28,563 nt of DNA from a virus (Duplodnaviria; Caudoviricetes), in the IMG/VR virus record IMGVR_UViG_3300047276_000269, positions 1 through 28,563 of that record; one strand, given 5' to 3'. The position numbers were made by a program, and so were the translations under genes. The notes below the pieces were generated by a model, which worked only from the letters and a program-made list of their open reading frames with translations, had not been told where the DNA came from and ran no database searches. Below, piece after piece: positions 1 through 8,800 of the stretch. Position 1 is the first letter of the stretch. The number at the start of each line of letters is the position of its first letter.

Positions 1-510
1 AACCAAGCGTTTAACCAAGCGCAACAAGCCCAGCAGTTTGGGGCTAATCTTGGGCTACAAGGCTTGCAGGCTGGCGCTGGAATGTATGGTCAAGGTATTG
101 GCGCTCAACAAGCCGCATACAACCAAGCTATGCAGGGCGCTGGTCAACTCGCAGGAATCGGCGGGCAGGCACTTCAGGCGCAGCAAGGCATTTTGGGTGT
201 GCAAAGCCAGATGGGTGCTCAACAGCAACAGCAGCAACAGAACATTATCAATCAAGCTATCCAGAACTACGCTACTGCACAGCAGTACCCGCAGCAGCAG
301 CTTGCATTTATGAACTCCATGTTGCGTGGTTTGCCGCTACAAACAGCTACTACGCAGTCTTATCAGGCAGCGCCAAGTATGGTGTCTCAATTAGGTGGAT
401 TGGGAACAGCAGGAATTGCCGGATACAAACTAGCTAACATGAAAGATGGCGGTGAAGTTGAGAGTAGTGATGGAATTGTTGGTCTTGGCTTACAAAAAAT
501 TCACGCTTAG
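1..510 (+). CDS. Gln/Gly/Ala-rich internal virion (ejection/DNA-transfer) protein, 5'-truncated
   Basis: Frame 1 is open from base 1 (NQAFNQAQQAQQFGANLGLQG...) through the listed 64..510 ORF. Low-complexity Q/G/A composition, a C-terminal MKDGG motif, and position directly before the transglycosylase and giant virion genes. Confidence 0.7.
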   Translation, partial: NQAFNQAQQAQQFGANLGLQGLQAGAGMYGQGIGAQQAAYNQAMQGAGQLAGIGGQALQAQQGILGVQSQMGAQQQQQQQNIINQAIQNYATAQQYPQQQLAFMNSMLRGLPLQTATTQSYQAAPSMVSQLGGLGTAGIAGYKLANMKDGGEVESSDGIVGLGLQKIHA

Positions 511-523
511 TTAAGGGATTATC

Positions 524-2890
524 ATGGCAATAGATTCTGTTTTAAATCCTGCCGGCATTGCTCAAAAATTAAGCGTTGCCCAGCTTCAGCAAGCTATACG
601 AAATGGCACGATTCCACCGTACATAGGAATTCCGGTTCTACAAAACAAAGTAGAAATGGAAAAGCGCATGCGTAATGCGTCTGCCGGACCTCAAACGCCC
701 ATGCCTACTGTGGCCGAGCAAGTTATGTCTGAAGCACAAGGTCTTGACCAGCTTCAATCTGGGCTTCCTCCTAGGATGGCTAATGGAGGGATTGTTGCCT
801 TTGCGGAAGGCGGCATGGAAGAAGACTTTATTGACGAAGACGAAGAAGAAACAATCAATAAAGAGCTATCTAGCATGATGAAAGCAATGTCCGACCTTCA
901 AGGACTTTCTTCTTTAATACGCGGCAGTAGCGCTCTTAACAAAAAAGTTTCGCCGGAAGACGCAGAGCCTGGTTACCTGCCGGACGCACAAGTTCCAATG
1001 CCGTTTTCGGCTACTGAGGTGAAGCGCGGCGTGTCCGTAAAAGAAGGCGAAGCGCCGGCCAAGACAATAGAACAGCGTGAGAAAACAGTCTCTCGCCCTA
1101 GCAGTATTGATGAGTATTTGCGTTTAGTTGAGCAGAAAGAAAGCGGCGGCCGTCGGTATGATCGGCAGGGCAATCTTCTTACATCTCCCAAGGGGGCGAT
1201 GGGAGAAATGCAGGTCATGCCTGGTACTGCTCGTGATCCAGGGTTTGGAATCCGTCCTGCCCGCGAAGGCGATGCAGATGACCTTGCTCGAGTTGGGAGA
1301 GAATACTTTGCAAAAATGCTTGAGCGCTATGGTGACCCCAAACTTGCAGCTATTGCCTACAACTGGGGACCGGGCAACGCAGACAAGTGGCTGATGGCCG
1401 GGGCTGATCCATCTAGGTTGCCAGAAGAAACCAGGCGTTATGCCCAAGGGTTTGCCGAGGGCGGCATTGCCAGCGTGAAGCGCTTCCAGTATGGCGGTAT
1501 CGCTGGGCCCGCGCAGGTGTTTGATATTTCAGATGACGCTTTAAAGATGCGAGATGCGGCTGTTCGTCGTTTGCGTATGGAGCAGGCTAGAAGCGCTTTC
1601 TCTGCAATTCCTCCCGCGACACCTGCTGCTGCTCCTGCTGCCGCACGAACCGGGGCTGGAATTCTTGGAAGATTAGTTCCATTTGGGCCCGCTAGTATTG
1701 CTTATGGCGGATATGAGGCTGGAAATGCTGCAATGGATTATTTGCAAAATCAGGAACAAGCCACTTATGGGAAACATGCTCCCATTGCCCCAGAGCTAAC
1801 CCAGGAAGAAATAGAGCGCGCATCTAAGCCTGCGTTTTATCCGAGTGTAAAGCCAAAAAATCAGCAAGCACAAGGAGCTAAACCACTTGCGCCATTGTGG
1901 TATACGCCTGCTGGAATTGCTTCTTTAGATGACGAGGCAAAACGGGAAGAAGCTCAACGTAATGTGGATAGAATAAAAGCAGAGTCGGCAAAGAAAAAGG
2001 TTCCAAAAGCTACGGCCAAACCATTTGCTGATAGTGATGCCGCAGAACGAGCAGATCGTATGACAGGCACAATTAATCTTCCTCCGGTTGCAGAGCAAGC
2101 CACCGTTAGAAAAGTTGATAACGCACTAGAAGACCCGGATGAAATAGCAAAACAGTTTGCTGGTTTGACTACAGTTTCTGGAACGCCTTCTGAGCCAGCC
2201 GCCAAAGAAGAAGAATCCACAGAAACGCCAGCCATGAAAAAGCTGCGTGAGCGGATTGAGAAGGGCTACAGCGGTCTGGAAAAACAGGCAGAGACAGACA
2301 AATACATGGCTCTCTTGGCTGCCGGTTTGGGTATGATGGGCGGCACTTCTCCATATGCGCTTACCAACATTGGCGCTGGCGGTATTGAAGGGCTTAAATC
2401 GCTACAACAATCGCAGGCTGCCCGTGCCGCAAAAGAGCGCGCTCTTATGTCTGCCGAACTTGGGGCAGAACGCTATGGTCAGTATGGTGCTTTGCAGCGG
2501 GCGCAGCTTGAGCAAAATAGGCTTTATCGTCAATCTGAGGCTGAACGAAAAAGAGATGAGGCCGCAGAAAAAAATAGGCTTGCTCAAGAGCGTATATCTC
2601 AAAGCGGAGTAACACGGGCTGCACAGCTTGCTCAAAGAATGGAGCAAGACTACATGACTCGTGCTGAGGCAACGGCAAGAGCCGCACTTAAAGCAAATCC
2701 AATGCTTGGTTTGGATGAAACAAAAACAGCCGCATTTTTGGAGCAAGCAAGGTCAGAGGCTAGAGCAAAACTCATAAGCAATCCAGCATATCGCCAATTG
2801 ATGCAAAAGGCTTACGAAGGATATGATCCAGGACAGATTGATATGTCTTCAGACATGAACGATCTTCTGGCAAAATACTTGAAAAAGTAA
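524..2890 (+). CDS. Internal virion protein with soluble lytic transglycosylase (SLT) domain
   Basis: 788 aa. SLT motifs KESGG (catalytic Glu), SPKGAMGEMQVMPGTA, AAIAYNWGPGN, ETRRY at ~nt 1130-1445. Helical/coiled-coil C-terminus. Weak SD (AAGGGA) upstream. Confidence 0.85.
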   Translation: MAIDSVLNPAGIAQKLSVAQLQQAIRNGTIPPYIGIPVLQNKVEMEKRMRNASAGPQTPMPTVAEQVMSEAQGLDQLQSGLPPRMANGGIVAFAEGGMEEDFIDEDEEETINKELSSMMKAMSDLQGLSSLIRGSSALNKKVSPEDAEPGYLPDAQVPMPFSATEVKRGVSVKEGEAPAKTIEQREKTVSRPSSIDEYLRLVEQKESGGRRYDRQGNLLTSPKGAMGEMQVMPGTARDPGFGIRPAREGDADDLARVGREYFAKMLERYGDPKLAAIAYNWGPGNADKWLMAGADPSRLPEETRRYAQGFAEGGIASVKRFQYGGIAGPAQVFDISDDALKMRDAAVRRLRMEQARSAFSAIPPATPAAAPAAARTGAGILGRLVPFGPASIAYGGYEAGNAAMDYLQNQEQATYGKHAPIAPELTQEEIERASKPAFYPSVKPKNQQAQGAKPLAPLWYTPAGIASLDDEAKREEAQRNVDRIKAESAKKKVPKATAKPFADSDAAERADRMTGTINLPPVAEQATVRKVDNALEDPDEIAKQFAGLTTVSGTPSEPAAKEEESTETPAMKKLRERIEKGYSGLEKQAETDKYMALLAAGLGMMGGTSPYALTNIGAGGIEGLKSLQQSQAARAAKERALMSAELGAERYGQYGALQRAQLEQNRLYRQSEAERKRDEAAEKNRLAQERISQSGVTRAAQLAQRMEQDYMTRAEATARAALKANPMLGLDETKTAAFLEQARSEARAKLISNPAYRQLMQKAYEGYDPGQIDMSSDMNDLLAKYLKK

Positions 2891-2899
2891 AGGTTTCTT

Positions 2900-5800
2900 A
2901 TGGCCACGATTGAAGACTTGTTTGCCGCTTTAAAAGCAGCAGACCAGGCAGGCAATGTTGAGGATGCAACCAAACTTGCAAGATACATTAGTAGTCTTGG
3001 ATATGGGCCGTCAATACAAAAAGAGCCAGAAGCCCCGCCGCCTTCCTTTATGCAGAGGGCAAAGACTGCCCTTGCTAGGGGTGTTGAGCAGCTGCCGGAA
3101 AGCCTAGCCGGCATCACCCTCGGCGCAGAAGCCGGTCTTGGAATGAAAGAGGCGGCAACCAAAAAGCTTGCCGAAATCAAATCTGACCAACAAAAACCAG
3201 ATGCCAGAGCCCCTGGTATTACATGGGAAGAGCTTGAGCAAACCTATGGAAAAGAAGGTGCAATAGAAGCTCTGAAGAAATTGCCAACTTATGCGGTAGA
3301 ACAGATTCTTCAAAATGCCCCAAGCATGGCCGCTCCTTTGGCGGTTGGCGCTGCTGCTACGCCTTTTACCGGCCCATTTGGTGGACTTGCTGCTGGCATT
3401 GGAACCTACGGCGTTCAGCAGTTTGGTCAGTTTATGCAGCGTCAGGCTCAAGGCGCAAAGACGGTTGAAGAGTTGGAACCAGGTAAAGCTGCTGCTACGG
3501 CAGCGGTTACCGCCCCCCTTGGTTTCTTTGTGGACCGTCTTACTGTTGGTATGTCCAGAATCCCGAACAAGATTCTTGGTCAGGAAATTGGCGCTGAATT
3601 GGCAAAGCGCGCCGGTGTCCGCGCAGCTACCGGGGCAACCATTGGCGTAGTTGCCGAAGCCCCCACAGAAGTTTTGGAGCAGATGGCCGAAAGGTGGCAG
3701 GCAAATCTACCTTTGTTTACAGAAGATGCTATAAGAGAATACAAAGAGGCAGCCGCTGGCGCTGCTGTGGTGGGTGGTTCTATTGGTGCGACAAGCCGAC
3801 TAATGTCACCCCCTCTCGCTACGCAACCTCCACCCCCTCCTCAGATTGCAGAACCTACTCCTTTTGCGGCAGCACCTGAAGCTGCTCCAGTGCCTGAGTT
3901 TATCCCCCAAGGTCGAGGTTTCTCAGCCGAAGAAGCGGATGCTCTGCGTAGACAGGCAGAAGAAGCTGAACTACAGCGCCTGCAAGACCTGGGAGAACGC
4001 CAGCGTCAAGAAGAAGAAATGCGCCGGCAGGAAATGGAGTTGACTCAGCGGTATATGTCTCGTGTACCCGGCATGACCGGGATGCCGGATGCAAATGCCG
4101 CGATCATGCAAGCTGCTAGAAGTCGGGAGGCGGAAGAGGCAGCCTTGGCTCAAGCTCGGCAAAAAGCAGAACAGGATGAAATGGAGCGCTTGCGTCTGGG
4201 GCACATACGCCAGATTCAAAGAACAACCTTTAGTCCAGACCCGGTTCAAGATCAGATTGTCAAATCTCGTCTGCTAAGTCAGTACCAACAAACATCTCCA
4301 GCTGTTAACGTTAACACCCCGGAGCAAATTGAGCCGCCGGAATTTCAGCCTATCAGTGCTCCTCAGGATAAGCCTAAAGGCGTTACCCTTTTTAAACAAA
4401 CGCCTGGTGAGCGGGCTGAAATCAAAAGCATTGATGAGGCTCTTGTTAACGTTAACAAAGAAATCACTAAAGCAAAGAGCGAAAAATCAAGCCTGTTTAA
4501 GGTCTTGGAAGGTAAGTTAACGGAACGTACTGGGGCATTTGGTCTTAGCGATATTGACCCAGACAACAAATCATTAAAGCGTCTGTATAACAAACAGGGC
4601 AAAGGCGCGCTCCTTGAAGACTTGGTTTCTGATGGGTTATTGGATGAATTTCTTCCAATTAGAAACAGGGTTCTAATCAATGGCCAGGAAAACCCAAACT
4701 TTGACCAGTCTGAAGCTCTGGAATATATAGCTCAAAAATTACGCAGCAAAGACTACGATTCTGTTGAGCAAAGCGATAATTTGCGCGTTCTTATGGAACA
4801 AAAAGATCGCTTAAAAACTGAGCAGGAAAGATTGAAAGGCATACCGGATGTTAATCTTGAATTAGCTCGTCGTGCTGGTTTGCCAAAACGAGATATTGAG
4901 CCTGTTAGTTTGGCCGATCTTGAAGCGGAAGCTTCTCAAGCTGGTTCTGATATTGAAGCAATAAAAGAGATGGCCGCCATTTCAAGCGCCAATGCTTCTC
5001 CAGAACAATATCAAGCTGCTTATCGTGACGCCCTGGAATCCAGCATTCGCAGCAGAAAAGTAAATATTACTGAAGAGCTTTATCAAGCCGAGGGAGATCA
5101 ATCAAAAGGATATAGTCCCACCAAAGAAGGTTTACAGATTCAAAAAGACATAACTGGAAAAGACTTCAATGGTTTGATTAAGTGGGTTGTTGATAGCGCG
5201 CCAAATCGTTTCCAGACTTTGGTTGCTAAAAAAGTACAGGCGCTTGCTAACGAGTTGCAACAGCGCGGCGTCAAAATGTCTTTTGATGTACATGGTGGCT
5301 CATCTCGCCCCAGTGTAATGAGGAATGCTGCTGGTAGGACCAGCCTTACATGGGGTACTGACAGAACGGAAATTATTATTGGTTTTAATGGTGAGCCGGT
5401 AATGGTAAACCAGAACGGTTTTCCGTCTGGCATGAGTCATAAAACAGTACAGCATGAGCTTTTGCATTCTGTTATTCGTACTGCTACAAAGTTTCTTCCG
5501 GCCGATCATCCGGTAATTAAAGAATTAAGAAATCTTTTTAATACTGTATATGCACAGTATCAGAAAGACGAAAAGGCTGGCACTTTGCCGGATGTTTTGC
5601 TGAAGTTCTCTAAGCGCATGAACAATGCCTTGAAAGACCCAGATGAGCTCATTAGCTGGGGAATGACAGACAAGGACTTTCAAGATTATCTATCTAAGAT
5701 CAATGTCGGCCCTAAGCAGACGGCATTCAATAAGCTGGTTGAATTGATTCGAGAAATCATTGGCCTGCCAAAAGCCTTTGAATCTGCTCTAGAAAAGCTA

Positions 5801-8800
5801 ATCCGCACCACCGATTCTTTGTTGGAAATGGATGTGGATGTCGTTGGCAAAGCCATGCAAAAGCAAGGTTATTCTTATGGAAAGCCCGTTGCTAAGCCTA
5901 TTGTTAAACCTATAAAAGCAGAAAAACCAAAGGCGCAGCCAATTCAGGGTTCTTTGTTTGCAAGGTCAGACAACATAGAAAAAGACGATCTTTTTTCTCG
6001 CCAGCAAGGTTTCTTCTTTAACGCTAAAGAGTCTCCTTTGTACCAAACCAGGACTGCTGAAGAAGTTGGAGACTTTAGTCAGGCGGAAGCTGACAAAGTG
6101 GTTGAGCTCAATAAGCGCGCCAAAGATATCCAGGATGAAAGGCGCTGGGTTGGGAAGCTAAAGGATGGATCGTGGGTTGGCACAAGGCTAGACCTGGCCA
6201 CCGCTGCTGCTGCGCGTAAACGTGGAATGCCTACGGTTCTTACCATCCACGAGGGCAGCGCGGACAAACACACATCCGGCTTCTATCGTGGTGAGCTCTT
6301 GAAGTTCGTTCCTCATATAACCCTTAGGAATGTTAACTTCAACATCTACCAGGCCCAGCGAGAGAAGATTGCAGAAGGCGGAGAGAAAAACCGCATGGCA
6401 AGTGCCGATGGCCAGTATGTAGATACATCGCCAAACTTTGACGGCATAGAGATCAGCTTTAACCCGTTCCGTGAGCATCTTTTCCGGGATGCGGTTGGCC
6501 GCGCTGTTAAGTATGCTGATGAGATTACTGCCGTTAGGGGCAAGATTTTCGCCCGTGGAAACATTGAATACTACGGTGCTGAAGATATGCCAGCGGTTGC
6601 CACGGCTCCGTCTGAGGCATGGATTATGTCTTCTGGACAGGACGCTAGGCAGCTTCAAAACCGACCAGCAATTATTGACAACACTGGCAAAGTTGATAAA
6701 GAGCAGCAGAAAAGTCTATTCAATGGGCAGAATGTTATCCAGGACGATCTCTTCCAGCGGGAAGAAGGATTCTTTATTGACGCCAAACAATCTCCTCTGT
6801 ACCAGACCAGGACACAGGCTGATGTGCCTGTTATTACTCAGGACTTGGTAAACAAAGCCCTGGCCACCCACCAAAAAGGCGCAAGGGTTGAGGGCAAAGG
6901 AATCCAGCTAAAGCCTGGTGACTACATTGGTTCTAGGCTTGATCTTGGTATCCGTGGGACAAGCCGGACCGCCGGCATCATGCCTGGTGGAGTGCCTGTT
7001 CAAGCCATTCACATTGGTAATCAGAAGAACTACGAGCGTGAAGATGGTGGATTCTGGGGCGGGAAGATAGCCAAGTATCTTCCTTCTGTCACCATGAAGA
7101 ATGTGAAGTTCAGGGTTAGCCAAGAGGAGCGTGAAGAAATTGCAGCAGGCCGCAAGAAGGCTCCAATGGCCAGCGCAGACGGGCAATTTGTTCGCTCAGA
7201 TAATCCCAACTTTGACGGCATTGAGATGGTATTTAACCCTAAGAGAGAGCATCTGTTTACAGACGCTTTGGGTAGGGCTATCAAGTATGCGGATGAGGTT
7301 ACCGTTATGGGCGACCGGATGTATGCCCGCGGGCACATTGAATACTACGGTGATAAGGATTTTGTTGTTCCTGTTGGCCCATCTCCGTCAAAGGCCATCC
7401 CCCTGTCGATGCAAGATGCAGCACGACAAATTGCCGGAAAAACTGGCGTGTTGCCTCAACCCATTCAAGACGAGTTGTTTGCCCAGCAGGGCATGACACG
7501 ACGTGGGTTCTTTGGCTTGAGTGCAACCAAAGAGGCGCCAGCTCAAGGTGCTTTTGAAAAGCTGTTGCAAACGCCCGTGTCGCGCAGAACGGTATTGAAG
7601 TCCACTATTGGCAGAGCGATCCAAAGTTTTGTTCCAAACATTTCCAGCGAATTTATCAACTTGCCAGATAACTTTGCACGAGTAGCGTCTACGGTTGACG
7701 GATATGTGTTTGTTCAACAGCCAAATGGAAAATGGATAAGCCCATCATTGTTTGAAGCAAATGATATTGAAGATTTGGTTAAATCTTTTACCAATTATGA
7801 TGGCGTCATGTTGAGCTTTGGGGTTGTTCCAAAAGCCATGCTTGATAAAACTGGCGAAACAATTAACGAAATTTTTTACAATTCAATTGAACAGTCTTTG
7901 CAACCAACTTTGGATGCTGCAAAGTATTTTGCTGAACACTCTTTTTTGGGAGGCTATACCGGGCCAACCAAGACTGTCAATGATTTGGTGAAAGAGGCAA
8001 ATGAATATTTAAAGTTCAGTGCATTGCCGTTAAAACAACAGCAAAAAATTGAACGAGATAAGGCGTTTAAAGAGTGGTTTGGTGATAGCAAAGTTGTCGA
8101 TGAGAATGGCAAGCCGCTGGTGGTGTATCACGGAACATCTAAAGACATTGATTTCAAGAAGTTCAAAGTGCCACGTAATGGTGCTTGGTTCTCTCCTGAT
8201 ACGAATGTTGCATCCATGTATGCCAAAGAAAATGATAGTCAAGATATAAGGTACGAGCATACGCCGACGGGTAGTAAATATGTTCATATAAATACTGCCG
8301 CACGAGTAATGCCTGTTTATTTGAGCATACAGAATCCGTACACGCTTACCAAAAAAGATATGGATTCTTTTGGCGATAACTACCAAAAAGATCAAAAGGT
8401 CTTGTTTGATCGCTTAAGAAAAGAGGGCTATGACGGGGCTCATATTGAGGGAAAACCTGGTGAATACGATGATGTGTGGATTGTTTTAGACAACCCCAAT
8501 CAAATTAAATCAGTTTTCAACCGTGGTACTTACTCAAAAACAAGTAGCGATATTCTTTTGCAGCAAGAGGGCGTCCTAAACCGCTCTAAGGCTGGCGATG
8601 ACGCTATGGAAATCCTGTCCGGCATGGGAAGGTTTGTTGAGCCGCCTGAGCCTGGTTATGTAGCCAAGGCCCGTCAAGCCTGGGATAACGCTAGAGACAA
8701 CCCAACTCTTGCCAAAGAGCAGTCTATTGGCGCGGCAAGAAGGTTCCTTGATCAGATGGAAACCTGGGCGTTTAGCAGTGATGCCGGCTTGAACAATCAG

